DNA of 64,000 bases from Candidatus Altarchaeum sp. (GTDB taxonomy: Archaea; Altiarchaeota; Altiarchaeia; Altiarchaeales; Altiarchaeaceae). The notes under the pieces were generated by a model. The model saw nothing but the letters and a program-made list of their open reading frames with translations. It was not told the origin of the DNA and did no database searches. The stretch is taken from the NCBI GenBank assembly GCA_018260615.1, contig JAGWDQ010000044.1, positions 20,467 through 84,466 of the forward strand, given 5' to 3'. Within the stretch, counting starts at the first letter, position 1, and each line of letters starts with the position of its first letter. Position numbers and translations under genes: made by a program. Below are positions 19,681 to 32,977 of the stretch, piece by piece.

Positions 19681-20859
19681 TTAATTATACTCCGCATTTA
19701 TCTTAACATAATCATAAGTCAAATCACACCCCCACGCCGTTGCATTGTTTTCCCCTTCATTTAAATTTAGCAAAATCCTTATATTTTTTGCCTTCATTAT
19801 ACTCCAATCATCTAACTTCATTGCATCTCCCTTTTCCAAAATTTTTACCAATTTATTGTTATCCATATCCTCAAATTTCAAATCAACATTATCAAAATTT
19901 ATTTTCGCAACACTTCCCGCTGCACTGATTATTCTTCCCCAGTTTAAATTTTCCCCGAAAAATGCGGATTTAACTAAATTTGAATTCACTATTGTCAGTG
20001 CAATCTTTATCGCTTTGCTCTTTGTATTTGCACCTTCAACGACAACCTCTAAAAATTTAGTCGCCCCTTCACCATCCGCAACAACCTTTTTTGCCAGTTC
20101 CTGTGTTGAGAATTTAAGCAAAAATTTAAAGTCATCAGCGCTGCAGGTTTTTGTTGCATCGGAAAGTAAAATAATGCAGTCATTTGTGCTCATACATCCG
20201 TCAACAGAAATCATATTGAATGATTCGCCAACTGATTCCTTTAAGCATTGAGCCAAAATTTTGGAATTGTTTGCCCCTAAATTTGCGTTTGTTGTTAAAA
20301 AACACAGCATCGTTGCCATATTCGGAGCAATCATTCCTGCACCTTTGCAAATCCCGCCTATTTTTATTCCTTTGTATTCGTAACAAATTTCCTTAAATTT
20401 CGTATCCGTTGTCATTATCGCTTTGTTTGCATTTCGGGAAGAAATTTCATTAATGTCTAAATCATTCACAATTTTTCTTATTTTTTCAATGTCCATTCGT
20501 TTTCCGATAATTCCCGTTGATTCGCATAAAATTTGAGCGGGATTGCTCTTCAGTTTTTCGGCTGCAATTTTGCACATTTCTCTGACATCGGCAAGTCCTT
20601 CTTTTATGCAGGCGTTTGCGTTTCCGGAATTGGCAATTATTGCCTTAAATTTTTGTCTCCGCTTTAGTTGTGCTATGTCGTATTTCACAGGATTTGCCTT
20701 TATTGAGTTTTTTGTAAATACTGCGGCACAATCGCACAGGTCATCATTCCATATTAAAGATACTCCGTATTTTTCGGTTTTGATTCCGTTCGCCTTAAAT
20801 TTGTTTATGCATATTCCGTCATTGCAGGAATTTATTTGTTTTATGTTTGCTCTGCTCAT
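19681..20859 (-). CDS. argJ: Ornithine acetyltransferase / N-acetylglutamate synthase
   Basis: NSGNANA, KGAGMIAPNMATML, DGCMSTND, DGEGATK, WGCDLTYDYVKINAEY. Confidence 0.96.
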   Translation of the reverse strand: MSRANIKQINSCNDGICINKFKANGIKTEKYGVSLIWNDDLCDCAAVFTKNSIKANPVKYDIAQLKRRQKFKAIIANSGNANACIKEGLADVREMCKIAAEKLKSNPAQILCESTGIIGKRMDIEKIRKIVNDLDINEISSRNANKAIMTTDTKFKEICYEYKGIKIGGICKGAGMIAPNMATMLCFLTTNANLGANNSKILAQCLKESVGESFNMISVDGCMSTNDCIILLSDATKTCSADDFKFLLKFSTQELAKKVVADGEGATKFLEVVVEGANTKSKAIKIALTIVNSNLVKSAFFGENLNWGRIISAAGSVAKINFDNVDLKFEDMDNNKLVKILEKGDAMKLDDWSIMKAKNIRILLNLNEGENNATAWGCDLTYDYVKINAEYN

Positions 20860-21007
20860 TTTGTTAAAATTTTATAAAATTTATATCTCCGCTTCCAACA
20901 AATTTATAATAACATAATTTATTGTGATTGCTTAACTGCGTTAAATTTTTATCCTCGCTCAAATATTCGGGCATTTTAACTATTCATAAGTTGTATTCCT
21001 TTTTGAT

Positions 21008-22113
21008 TCATTTCATTCCTTTTAAAATTTCTCTTATTGCCAGCAAATCTAATTTTGACTGTGGTTTTATTGTCTCATTAACGCATTCGGCAAATAAAAT
21101 ATTGTTCTTAACTAAATACATCTTTGTTACTTCGTCAATGTCATCATCAAAAATTTTATCTTTTTCACCAAACATTTTAAGTGTTGAAATTACATCATTA
21201 TAATCAACCTTATAAGGTGTTTTATCAAAAACGACTTCACTTCCAAATCTCTTGAGCTTCCTTATTGTATCCTTTATCTCTTTTTTCTGCTTTCCAGCAT
21301 TGCTTCTGTTTCAGTTATAACATCGCCACCTCTATTTTTTGCATCAATTATTCTGAGCAAATGTGCAGGTTTCCCGCCTGTGTTGTTATATACATTTTCC
21401 TGCTCCTCCTCGCTAAAATTATGTTTTTTTAGGAATTTTTTTGTTGTTTCTTCATCAAAATTATCTATTAACAAATATCTGCACCTGTCTTTAAGTATTG
21501 CTTCATTATAGACCCTTTCAATAAATAAAGAGTCAGAAGATAAAGCAAAAACATGACAAATATGTAATTCTTTTGTTAAGCGAATGAAGAAATTAAATAA
21601 TTTATAAATTACTTTTCCGTTAATTTCAAGGTCCCCTATAACCTGCAGTTCATCAATGATCAAAATCGGAATCTTTGTTTCACTTATTTTTAAAAAATAC
21701 TCCTCCAAAAATTCAAAAACATCCTCAGAACTTTTGGTTTCAAGAAATCCGTCAAGCATATCTTTTTCTATCGGAATGCCTGACAGGTATCTTCCTGCCA
21801 GTACAAGTGCCTTTTTAGCGAGCTTTTCGCCTTTTTCTATTACCTTTTCAGAGATTTCTTTTCTCTTAACTTTGAATAATACCCTCACAAATCCGCCGTA
21901 TTCTTTTATAAGTTTTCCCCGCAGATTTATGTAAAAAACAACATATTTATCTTTTGGCAAGTCATCAATCAATTTTTGAATTAAAGTCGTCTTTCCTGAA
22001 TTTATAGGGCCGTAGATGAAATTTATCTCCCGCGGTTCTTGCCTTAAAATGTGCAAAATTTCTTCTTTTTCCTTTTCCCTGTCAAAAAATTCAGTCCTTT
22101 GAATGCCTTTCAT
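21008..22113 (-). pseudogene. Archaeal P-loop ATPase (ATPase_2 family), frameshifted at a T6 run (21281-21286)
   Basis: GPINSGKT, IIDELQ; adding one base continues the frame into ...LVKNNILF...IKPQSKLDLLAIREILKGMK, homologous to the paralog C-terminus. Confidence 0.8.
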
Positions 22114-22314
22114 GTTCTATAAATTTAATTCTATAATTTGTTATTTTGCATAAAGATTTATCAATTTGGTTTATATCTCAAAATGTGTAAAATTTTAATA
22201 TTTTACTTTCCCTGTCAAAAAATTCAATTATCAGAAGGTTGTTTGTGTTCATAGTTTATTTAAATTTATTCCATAGTAACAATCTTATCAATCAAAGCAA
22301 ACACATCAAATAAA

Positions 22315-23418
22315 TTATTTTATTTCCTTTAAAATTTCTCTTATCGCGGTCAGGATGATTTTTGATTGTGGTTTTATTATTCCGCTCTTTGAATTCACAA
22401 ACAATATGTTTCTATTAACCAGATATATTTTCTCAGGTCTGCTTATTTCCACATCCTCTGTTTCTTCTTTATCTTTAAACTTCTTTAACACATCTATTAT
22501 TTTGTGCCTTTCAACAGGTATTTTCTCCTTTCCTATTTCTATTTTTGGTTTTACATATAATAATTCATCCAGCATGTCTATCAAAAAACGCTTTTTCTCA
22601 TCAGTCGTTTCCTTCATGAAAATTGTAATATCTTTATTTTGTGCCAGTAATTTTATTAAGTCCCCCGGCTTCCCGCCAAAATACTGAATAGCAATATCTG
22701 TATCTCCGAAGTTATATTTTTCCAAAAATTTTCTCGCGGTTTCTTTATCAAAATCATCAACTAACAAATAGTTTGTCCTTCCTTCGAGCATTGCTTCGGC
22801 ATAAACCCTTTCAATAAATAATGAATCAGAAGATAAAGCAAAAACATGACAAATATGTAATTCTTTTGTTAAGCGGATGAAGAAATTAAATAATTTATAA
22901 ATTGCTTTTCCGTTAATTTCAAGGTCCCCTATAACCTGCAGTTCGTCAATGATCAAAATCGGAATCTTTGTTTCACTTATTTTTAAAAAATACTCCTCCA
23001 AAAATTCAAAAACATCCTCAGAACTTTTGGTTTCAAGAAATCCGTCAAGCATATCTTTTTCTATCGGAATGCCTGACAGGTATCTTCCTGCCAGTACAAG
23101 TGCCTTTTTAGCGAGCTTTTCGCCTTTTTCTATTACCTTTTCAGAGATTTCTTTTCTCTTAACTTTGAATAATACCCTCACAAATCCGCCGTATTCTTTT
23201 ATAAGTTTTCCCCGCAGATTTATGTAAAAAACAACATATTTATCTTTTGGCAAGTCATCAATCAATTTTTGAATTAAAGTCGTCTTTCCTGAATTTATAG
23301 GGCCGTAGATGAAATTTATCTCCCGCGGTTCTTGCCTTAAAATGCTCAATATTTCCTCCTTTTCTCTTTCCCTGTTAAAAAATTCAATGGAATGTTCAAA
23401 TTTTTCAGTTGCATTCAT
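22315..23418 (-). CDS. Archaeal P-loop ATPase (ATPase_2 family)
   Basis: FFNRE, GPINSGKTT, IIDELQ; near-identical core to the adjacent paralog. Confidence 0.9.
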   Translation of the reverse strand: MNATEKFEHSIEFFNREREKEEILSILRQEPREINFIYGPINSGKTTLIQKLIDDLPKDKYVVFYINLRGKLIKEYGGFVRVLFKVKRKEISEKVIEKGEKLAKKALVLAGRYLSGIPIEKDMLDGFLETKSSEDVFEFLEEYFLKISETKIPILIIDELQVIGDLEINGKAIYKLFNFFIRLTKELHICHVFALSSDSLFIERVYAEAMLEGRTNYLLVDDFDKETARKFLEKYNFGDTDIAIQYFGGKPGDLIKLLAQNKDITIFMKETTDEKKRFLIDMLDELLYVKPKIEIGKEKIPVERHKIIDVLKKFKDKEETEDVEISRPEKIYLVNRNILFVNSKSGIIKPQSKIILTAIREILKEIK

Positions 23419-23512
23419 TTTATCTTTTTGTTTTTATTTATTTCTGTTAAAATTATTGTTCGGTAACAATATGAGCAATTAAAGCAAAGACATCAGGTAA
23501 ATTTATCATTGT

Positions 23513-23580
23513 ATTATCTCTTTAAAATTTCTCTGATTGCTAGAATGTTAAGATGTGACTACGGTTTTATTATTTTTCTC
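23513..23580 (-). pseudogene. Remnant 3-prime end of a third ATPase paralog
   Basis: Reverse strand reads IIKP*SHLNILAIREILKR, matching IIKPQSKIILTAIREILKE. Confidence 0.65.
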
Positions 23581-23642
23581 ATTGAATCAATATGCTCTGA
23601 TAAATTTAAATTTTAACATTAAATTTTAACACAAATAAAATT

Positions 23643-25622
23643 TTAATCCCGCGAAATTTTCTCAAAAAACCTTTTTATATAAATTTCCGGTTTTTCTGTA
23701 ACAATCTGTGCAAAATCCTTCGGCAGACATTTTGAAAAATTCTGCCATTTATACCTTTCATCAAGCAACACAATTACTCCCCTGTCACTCTCGCTCCTTA
23801 TACCTCGTCCCGCCGCCTGTACTACTTTATTCATTGCAGGATAAATATAACCATACTTCCAGCCGGCATTAAATTTTTTATCATAATATTCAATCAATGC
23901 TTTCGTTTCCAAATCAGGAAAGTCCAGTGGCAGCCCTACAACAATAACCGCACTGAGTAAATTATTCGCATAATCAATACCTTCCGAAAGCGAGCCGGCA
24001 AGCACTGCACACAGCACAGCACCGCCCGAATTTTTAAAAGGGATTAATTTTTTGTAAAGTTCCATGCGGTCTTCCTTTGTCATATCCTGCTGCTCAAGTA
24101 AAATTGGTTTCGCAAAGGTGAAATTTTTATCTGATTTGTCCTGTATCTCTTTCATAAAAAAAGAAATTTTGTTTAAAATTTTATAAGAAGGAAAGAAAAT
24201 TGCAATATTTCCATCAACATGTTTTAAAATTTCGTTTATGTTTTCAGCATATTTTTTGAACATTTCCTCGCTCCGCATTTCATACTTCGTAGTTAAGCCC
24301 TCAACAACCATAACTAATTTATTTTCCTTTGGAAACGGTGATTTATACTCTTTCAGCATGGCTCTTTTATCAGGAATTCCCAATATATCCTTATACATCT
24401 CCAGCGGGATTAATGTTCCGCTCATTAAAACAGCCGAATGACAGGCATTAAAAATTTCCGATGTTGAAATTGACGGGTCAAGACAATTACAATATAAAGA
24501 AAAATAGTCCCTGTATCTTCCTGTTGCATCCTTTCTTATTTCTTTCTTCAGTATTCTGGCAAAACCCGGTTCGGACATATTCCAGCTTCCGAGAAATTTA
24601 CCTGTTATTTTCAGATATGAACGATATCGGTTTGGTGTTTTTAAAATTTCCGCGCCTGTGTAATCAGTATCATTTACAAAATCATCGTAGTTCCAGTTAG
24701 CAGGTCCGTCAATTTTACGGATGTGTTTTTCAACTGCGGCAACAAATTTATCCTTTTCCATAAAAATTTCATTGTTGTTGTCCAGTTCCTTTCCAAACAG
24801 GACTAAAATTTTTTTTAAATTTAAAACGGCCTCCTGCAGATAAATTTTACCGACATTTTCCGCCTCTTTGCCTGCTCTGTCAATTGAAAATTCGCTGATG
24901 GAATGACTTAAAAGAGACATGAGTCGTTCGGGCAGATTATGTGATTCGTCAATTATGATGATTGAATCGTTCAGTTCTTTGCCAATCCTTGTTAAGAATG
25001 TATCCCTGACTGTTTTTGAAAATATGTGGAAGTAATCACAAATTATTACATTTGCATCTTTTGCACATTCAATAATAATTTCATAAGGACATATATTGTG
25101 TCTGCTGCACAGTTCTTTTACTTCTTCGCTGTGCATTATAGAATTTTTGAGCTTATTCTTAATTCCATCGGCAATATTGCTTTCATTTTTTTTGGGATGC
25201 GCGTTTTTGTAAAACTCACATTCTTCATGTTCCTTTTTTGCCTTGCAGAATTCATTAAATTCATTACTTGAAATGTCTTCTGTATCCGGATACATGCACA
25301 TCCATTGCTTTCCTATTATATCAACGGCAATAAATTTTAGAGCGTACTTTTCTTTTATTTTTTTTAGTGTTTCTATAACGATTTCGTGCTGTGTGTGTTT
25401 CGGAGTAAGAAAAAAAATAACCTTGTTGTTTTTTAATCCGTAGTTAAGCATTCCGCCAAGAGAGGCAGCTGTTTTCCCGATTCCCGTTGGTGCGTGAGCG
25501 AGTAAAATTTTTCCTTCGTTAACTGCGGTATTAACATCATTCAAAAATTCCTTTTGACCGTCACGGATATTTGAATAAGGAAATAATATATCTGAATTTG
25601 ATATATCTGACTTTTGGGGCAT
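23643..25622 (-). CDS. xpd: XPD/Rad3/DinG-family Fe-S DNA helicase
   Basis: APTGIGKT, Fe-S cysteines, DESHNL, MSGTL, EGID, QAAGRGIR. Confidence 0.9.
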   Translation of the reverse strand: MPQKSDISNSDILFPYSNIRDGQKEFLNDVNTAVNEGKILLAHAPTGIGKTAASLGGMLNYGLKNNKVIFFLTPKHTQHEIVIETLKKIKEKYALKFIAVDIIGKQWMCMYPDTEDISSNEFNEFCKAKKEHEECEFYKNAHPKKNESNIADGIKNKLKNSIMHSEEVKELCSRHNICPYEIIIECAKDANVIICDYFHIFSKTVRDTFLTRIGKELNDSIIIIDESHNLPERLMSLLSHSISEFSIDRAGKEAENVGKIYLQEAVLNLKKILVLFGKELDNNNEIFMEKDKFVAAVEKHIRKIDGPANWNYDDFVNDTDYTGAEILKTPNRYRSYLKITGKFLGSWNMSEPGFARILKKEIRKDATGRYRDYFSLYCNCLDPSISTSEIFNACHSAVLMSGTLIPLEMYKDILGIPDKRAMLKEYKSPFPKENKLVMVVEGLTTKYEMRSEEMFKKYAENINEILKHVDGNIAIFFPSYKILNKISFFMKEIQDKSDKNFTFAKPILLEQQDMTKEDRMELYKKLIPFKNSGGAVLCAVLAGSLSEGIDYANNLLSAVIVVGLPLDFPDLETKALIEYYDKKFNAGWKYGYIYPAMNKVVQAAGRGIRSESDRGVIVLLDERYKWQNFSKCLPKDFAQIVTEKPEIYIKRFFEKISRD

Positions 25623-25633
25623 TGTAATTTTAC

Positions 25634-26803
25634 TTATCTGACATTATCTAAACCTCCCGATAAACCTGAATTTTGACCGCTTTTAATTTCTTCGGCCATA
25701 GTTATCCCTTTATCTTCTTTTTCCGATTCCTTTTCTTTCATTAATGAAAATGCGTAAGCAAGGGCAAAAACCGACAGGATAAAAGGACTAATGAAAATAT
25801 TTAAAACGATTGTAAAAATTTCCGCAAAAAGGTATAAAGAAAATGAAGGATGCATCGCATTGGCAAATGAGAACATAAATGAAGGAATGGAAGCAGCCAT
25901 CATAATAACTATATAAATTACCAGCAACAGACAGAAATTTGCAGTATTGTCTTTTGTAAAATTTAAGGTCTTTTTTATTGCGTCTGTTACATTTATATTA
26001 TCATTTAACACAATGACAGACGGAAGTATGTATGTAATTGCAGAAATTACTATGTATGTAATGAACACCAGAGCAAAAGAAATGACTATAAAAAGAATAA
26101 AAAAAAGTATGAGAAAGATAAGTGATAAAACAGGACTGATGAATCCGGTGGCGATACCTAAAATCAAAAGAATAATTGCACCAATTATTCCTGTTGTGTA
26201 AAATTTTCTGAATTTTTTTGAGAGGATATAATGACCGAAGGCGAGTAATATAATTGCCTGAGCAATAAACATAATAAATGCAATGAGCATCATACCTGCT
26301 GCACTTCCTAAATTCATGGTTGAATACGAATCTGTCGAAGCAATGGAACCAATGGCAAAAAGATACAACAACATTCCGATAATTCCGGGAAGGAAAAACA
26401 AAATATTTGCCGCCAAAACTGCGAATATAGCAACAAAGCCCTTTGTCAGTGCTGTTTTTACCATATCTGAAATTTTTGTGGTCTCTCCGCGCAAATAGTC
26501 CTTTACTGCTCTCAGTCCTGCAACATTAGCAAGAACTGCAAGAAAGGATAGAAAAGTTGCCCATACTATTATTAAAAGCATATAGTCCGCAAATTTCTTA
26601 AAAAAATAACTGTCATAACCTCCCGCAGAAGTTGTGTAAAATGCAGTGGATGAGTATGAACTTTGAGATGTAAATTCAAACACTGGTTTTGCAATGAGCA
26701 AAAAACTTAAGACCGAAATTATCCCCAAGACAATAAACGGGACAAATATTGCTTTGTTCTTTTTTAATACATCAAAGCCCTTTCCTAAAGTATAAGATAA
26801 CAT
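25634..26803 (-). CDS. Polytopic membrane protein
   Basis: 389 aa with many hydrophobic segments. Confidence 0.7.
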   Translation of the reverse strand: MLSYTLGKGFDVLKKNKAIFVPFIVLGIISVLSFLLIAKPVFEFTSQSSYSSTAFYTTSAGGYDSYFFKKFADYMLLIIVWATFLSFLAVLANVAGLRAVKDYLRGETTKISDMVKTALTKGFVAIFAVLAANILFFLPGIIGMLLYLFAIGSIASTDSYSTMNLGSAAGMMLIAFIMFIAQAIILLAFGHYILSKKFRKFYTTGIIGAIILLILGIATGFISPVLSLIFLILFFILFIVISFALVFITYIVISAITYILPSVIVLNDNINVTDAIKKTLNFTKDNTANFCLLLVIYIVIMMAASIPSFMFSFANAMHPSFSLYLFAEIFTIVLNIFISPFILSVFALAYAFSLMKEKESEKEDKGITMAEEIKSGQNSGLSGGLDNVR

Positions 26804-26984
26804 TTTATTTATTCTAAAATTATGTTTTCAAAACAAATATAATATGAAAATATAAAAATTTGAAATTTGTTTATTTTGGGCTTTTTAAAGTTATTGATGT
26901 GTAAAGGTAAAAATTTATTTATCAACCCGTGACAAAATGTCACGACTTCGCTTCCTTATTCTGTCAGCCGTTGTTTCAATTTTC

Positions 26985-29223
<2,239 letters not shown>

Positions 29224-29238
29224 TATTTATTGTTTTGA

Positions 29239-29844
29239 TCAGATATTTTCTAACATATTAGCTTCGGTTAAAGCACTAATTATGTCTTTATTAACCTTCT
29301 CTATAGATTTATCTCCTTTAATATATGTCACAACAAGATTATTTTCAGACTGCATGCTTTTTAAAATTTTTAAGTAATTTTCCTTTACGAGCTTTAGTTG
29401 TTCAATATTTTCATAAAGTTCTATGTGGTCTCTGTTGTGAATAATTCTTTCAATGCATGTCTCGGGTTTGACATCCAAAAAGAGCACCATGTCCGGCTTT
29501 CTTGCATACCTGTTTATTTCAATGAGAAAATTTAAATCAATTGTCTGTGATTGATAGGTAAAATTTGAAATATAATATCTGTCAGAAATCACATAATCAT
29601 AATGAGCAAATTTTATATTTGCCAGATGGTCTGTTCTGTCAGCAGCAAATAACAGCGCCAATGTCATCTCATCAAATTTTATCCGTTTTCTTAAGGTATT
29701 TCTTATAAGCATTCCAATCAGCCCATCCGTTGGTTCTTTTGTCAGTAAGACCTTTTTGCCATTCATGAGCAGATATTCCTTGAGCAGATGGGATTGAGTA
29801 CTCAATCCGCTTCCGTCAATTCCCTCAAAAACGATAAATTTCAT
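29239..29844 (-). CDS. tmk: Thymidylate kinase
   Basis: FEGIDGSG, TKEPT, FAADR, SDRY. Confidence 0.95.
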   Translation of the reverse strand: MKFIVFEGIDGSGLSTQSHLLKEYLLMNGKKVLLTKEPTDGLIGMLIRNTLRKRIKFDEMTLALLFAADRTDHLANIKFAHYDYVISDRYYISNFTYQSQTIDLNFLIEINRYARKPDMVLFLDVKPETCIERIIHNRDHIELYENIEQLKLVKENYLKILKSMQSENNLVVTYIKGDKSIEKVNKDIISALTEANMLENI

Positions 29845-29871
29845 AAATTATAAATAATAAATTTCAAAATC

Positions 29872-30024
29872 TTATCTTGCTAAAATTGTCTTTGAAATAG
29901 GCGGTCTCTTTTTAAACCACAAATCCGAGCCCCTTGTTTTACACTTTATACATTTCATCCTGTTTCGCTTTATTTCTTCGTAAGTGTTCTCATTTCCGCA
30001 TCGCAAACATACATACTCTGACAT
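29872..30024 (-). CDS. rpoP: RNA polymerase subunit P (Rpo12); missed by the ORF track
   Basis: Manual translation MSEYVCLRCGNENTYEEIKRNRMKCIKCKTRGSDLWFKKRPPISKTILAR; canonical position after rpl37ae. Confidence 0.85.
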   Translation of the reverse strand: MSEYVCLRCGNENTYEEIKRNRMKCIKCKTRGSDLWFKKRPPISKTILAR

Positions 30025-30070
30025 GTTCAATAAAATTAATATCCGAATTTTTAAATTTTTTATTAAATTT

Positions 30071-30307
30071 TTAAATTTTTTTTATAACCTGTGAGGTATA
30101 AGCACCGCCTGCAAATTTTACTTTACATCCTCCGCACTTCCATATTCCCGCTTCCAGCCGGACAACTTTTTTCTTTCCGCATTTCGGACATTCATGCATT
30201 TGCTTGCTGGCATCTTCTATTGCATTTACATCTTCTTTTGTTCTTTTTCCTATTCTTGCGCCAAATCTCCCGCATCTTCCGGCCTTCTTTGTGTGACTAT
30301 AAACCAT
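30071..30307 (-). CDS. rpl37ae: 50S ribosomal protein L37ae
   Basis: GRFGARIG, CPKC, GIWKC, AGGAY. Confidence 0.95.
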   Translation of the reverse strand: MVYSHTKKAGRCGRFGARIGKRTKEDVNAIEDASKQMHECPKCGKKKVVRLEAGIWKCGGCKVKFAGGAYTSQVIKKI

Positions 30308-30454
30308 CTTATATTTTGTTAATAATTTTGTTAATAAAATTTTCGTAATATATTTGTTTTTTAAATTTAAATTTCAACATAAATTTCAACAACTTAAAAA
30401 TTTGTTGTCTAATACTAAATTTATTATATACAATAAAATAAGCAAAATAATTAA

Positions 30455-31177
30455 ATGGAAAATTTTTCGGTGATTTTGGTTGAGCCGATTTACGGAGGAA
30501 ACATCGGCTCGGTTGCAAGGGTTATGATGAATTTCGGATTCAAAAATTTAGTGATGGTAAATCCGCCCTTAACCGGAATTGATGCAATGAAATTTGCGGT
30601 TCATGCAAAGGAAATTGTCCAGAATGCAAAAATTTTTAAGTCCTTTGACGAAATGGCGGAAAATTTTGATTTATTAATCGGTACAAGTGCAGAAATTGCA
30701 GGGGGTAAAAATTTTATCAGAACGCCGATTTCTTCTGCCAAAATCGGAAATGTGGTTAATGCTGATGGAAATATAGGACTCGTATTCGGAAGAGAGGACT
30801 TCGGATTGTCTGATAAGGAAATAGAAAAATGCGATATTCTTGTTACAATTCCTACGGATAAAACTTATAAGTCGTTAAATTTATCTCATTCCGTAGCAGT
30901 CATTCTTTATGAGCTTGTGAGGGAAAAAAATTTAAGGGGAGCAAATTTGAAAAAGATGAAGCTAGCAAATAAAACTGAAAGAGATGTTATGCTTGAAAAA
31001 TTCACGGAATTAGTCAGTGTGTTTGAGCTGGGGGACTTCAGAACACGACTTATAAGAAAGACATTTAGAATAGTTACCGGAAGGTCATTTGTATCCGGGA
31101 GAGAGTGCAACACGCTTACAGGCGTTTTCAGGCGTGCCCGCGAGCTGATTGAAAAACAAAAAAAGGAAAATATCTGA
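30455..31177 (+). CDS. trmJ: TrmJ-family SPOUT tRNA methyltransferase
   Basis: NIGSVARVMMNFG, VFGREDFGL, SLNLSHSV. Confidence 0.9.
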   Translation: MENFSVILVEPIYGGNIGSVARVMMNFGFKNLVMVNPPLTGIDAMKFAVHAKEIVQNAKIFKSFDEMAENFDLLIGTSAEIAGGKNFIRTPISSAKIGNVVNADGNIGLVFGREDFGLSDKEIEKCDILVTIPTDKTYKSLNLSHSVAVILYELVREKNLRGANLKKMKLANKTERDVMLEKFTELVSVFELGDFRTRLIRKTFRIVTGRSFVSGRECNTLTGVFRRARELIEKQKKENI

Positions 31178-31204
31178 ATTAGTTATCGGATAAAAGAATG
31201 AATA

Positions 31205-31400
31205 TCGTACCGGAAAGTTCGTTTTATGAGCCTCACACGGAGACACAGAGACACAAAGGGGTTATATTCTGTAATCCGGTGACTTTGTGGCTTTTAAAAA
31301 TTTCACAAATTTTTAAAGATTGAAAATCTTACAGATTTTCAGTATTTTCAAAACCCAAAGGTTTTGAAAATCTCCGAGCAACAGCGAGGTGAACAGCGAG
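31205..31400. repeat. REP-like cluster (acacagagacacaaag module plus ttttcaaaac palindromes)
   Basis: Matches 48042-48165 and the reverse complement of 53745-53850. Confidence 0.85.
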
Positions 31401-31525
31401 GTTATTGTGTGAAGATTATTCTGATTTTTTAATTGATTTGTCTGAATTACTTATTTATTTATAATCCTAATATCTAAAACAAAATATAAATATACAAAGC
31501 ATTAACATAATAAATATAAGTAAGG

Positions 31526-32209
31526 ATGGTTACGGAAAAGAAAGAAAAAGAAGGGAAAGTACCTGCATCCGGAAAGGAAAAAGCAGGAAAGGATGAAAAG
31601 ACCTCTAAAGAAGCGGTAACTTCAAAGAGCAAAGAAGCACCGACATCGAAGGGAAAAGAAAAGAAAGAGGTTAAAGCAGCCGGAAAGGAGATCAAAGCGC
31701 AGGCACACAGGATTGTCCGACTATTAGAATATACATTAAACGGGGATAAAAAAGTAAAAGAGGTAATAAGAGATATTAAAGGTATAAGCCACAGAACTGC
31801 ATCATTGCTGGCGAAAAATTTAAATATGAAAGATAAATTACTTGCGGACTTAAATGATGAGGAAATTTCACATCTGGAAACAGGCCTTAAAAATATAAGT
31901 GCTATTGTGCCTTTGTGGATGCTCAATCACAGAAATGATCAGTTTACCGGCTCAAATTTACACCTTGTCGGAACTGATATGGAAATTGCCCTGAAAAATG
32001 ATGTTGAATTTATGCAAAAAACAAAGACCTACAAGGGAATCAGACATACGCAGGGACAACCTGTCAGAGGGCAAAGAACACGAACATCTTTTAGAAAGGG
32101 TAAGAGTGTCGGAGTGGTTAAGAAAAAAGAAGCACCTGCAACAGCAGCAAAAGGAGATGCGGGAAAAAAAGTAGCACCTAAAGGCAAGACAGCCCCTCCG
32201 AAAAAGTAA
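31526..32209 (+). CDS. rps13: 30S ribosomal protein S13 with Lys-rich extensions
   Basis: IKGIS, TYKGIRH, PVRGQRTRT. Confidence 0.93.
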   Translation: MVTEKKEKEGKVPASGKEKAGKDEKTSKEAVTSKSKEAPTSKGKEKKEVKAAGKEIKAQAHRIVRLLEYTLNGDKKVKEVIRDIKGISHRTASLLAKNLNMKDKLLADLNDEEISHLETGLKNISAIVPLWMLNHRNDQFTGSNLHLVGTDMEIALKNDVEFMQKTKTYKGIRHTQGQPVRGQRTRTSFRKGKSVGVVKKKEAPATAAKGDAGKKVAPKGKTAPPKK

Positions 32210-32262
32210 AGTAATAAAAATAATAAATTTGTTATTTAATTTTAAGTTAGTTATACTTTAAA

Positions 32263-32913
32263 ATGGGTATTAAAAGATTTGATAAAAAATATTCCACACC
32301 CAGGCACTTATGGCGTGGTGAAAGAATTAGCAGCGAAACAGAAGTTATGAACAGATACGGACTCAAAAACCATAAGGAAATTTGGAAGGTGCTCTTTAAA
32401 TTAAGCAGATGGAGGGAGTTGGCAAGACATCTTATTATAAATAAGGATTTAAAAGGAACCGATGAACTTTTAAATCCGATTATGAACATAAGTTGTCTGA
32501 AAGAGAAAAAATTAGAAAGTGTTTTTGAAATATCTCCGAATGATATGCTTGAAAGAAGATTGCAAACTGTTGTTTTTAGAAAGGGCCTGGCACAAACAAT
32601 AAAACAGGCAAGACATTTTATAACTCATAAACACATACTTATAGACGATAAAGTAGTAAATGTCCCCGGATATATTGTACATAATGATGATGAAGGCAAA
32701 ATAACATGTGACCTGATTGTAGATACAAAGACAGATAAAAAAGTAAAAGAAACATCTGCAAATGAGAAAGCATATCCTGCACCATTATACAGGAAAAGAC
32801 CCGAAAGAAGGGGCCCAAACAGAAAACATATTAAAAAGGTAGATTTCAGAAAACAATTTAATAATTCCGGCAAAAAACAGAAAAATGCAGATGCGGACAC
32901 AAAGAAGAAATAA
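32263..32913 (+). CDS. rps4: 30S ribosomal protein S4
   Basis: YGLKNHKEIW, LERRLQTVV, QARHFITH. Confidence 0.95.
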   Translation: MGIKRFDKKYSTPRHLWRGERISSETEVMNRYGLKNHKEIWKVLFKLSRWRELARHLIINKDLKGTDELLNPIMNISCLKEKKLESVFEISPNDMLERRLQTVVFRKGLAQTIKQARHFITHKHILIDDKVVNVPGYIVHNDDEGKITCDLIVDTKTDKKVKETSANEKAYPAPLYRKRPERRGPNRKHIKKVDFRKQFNNSGKKQKNADADTKKK

Positions 32914-32977
32914 AAAACATAAACAAATAAATATAAATCAATAAACTATAAACTATAAATAACAATCATACCTTAAA

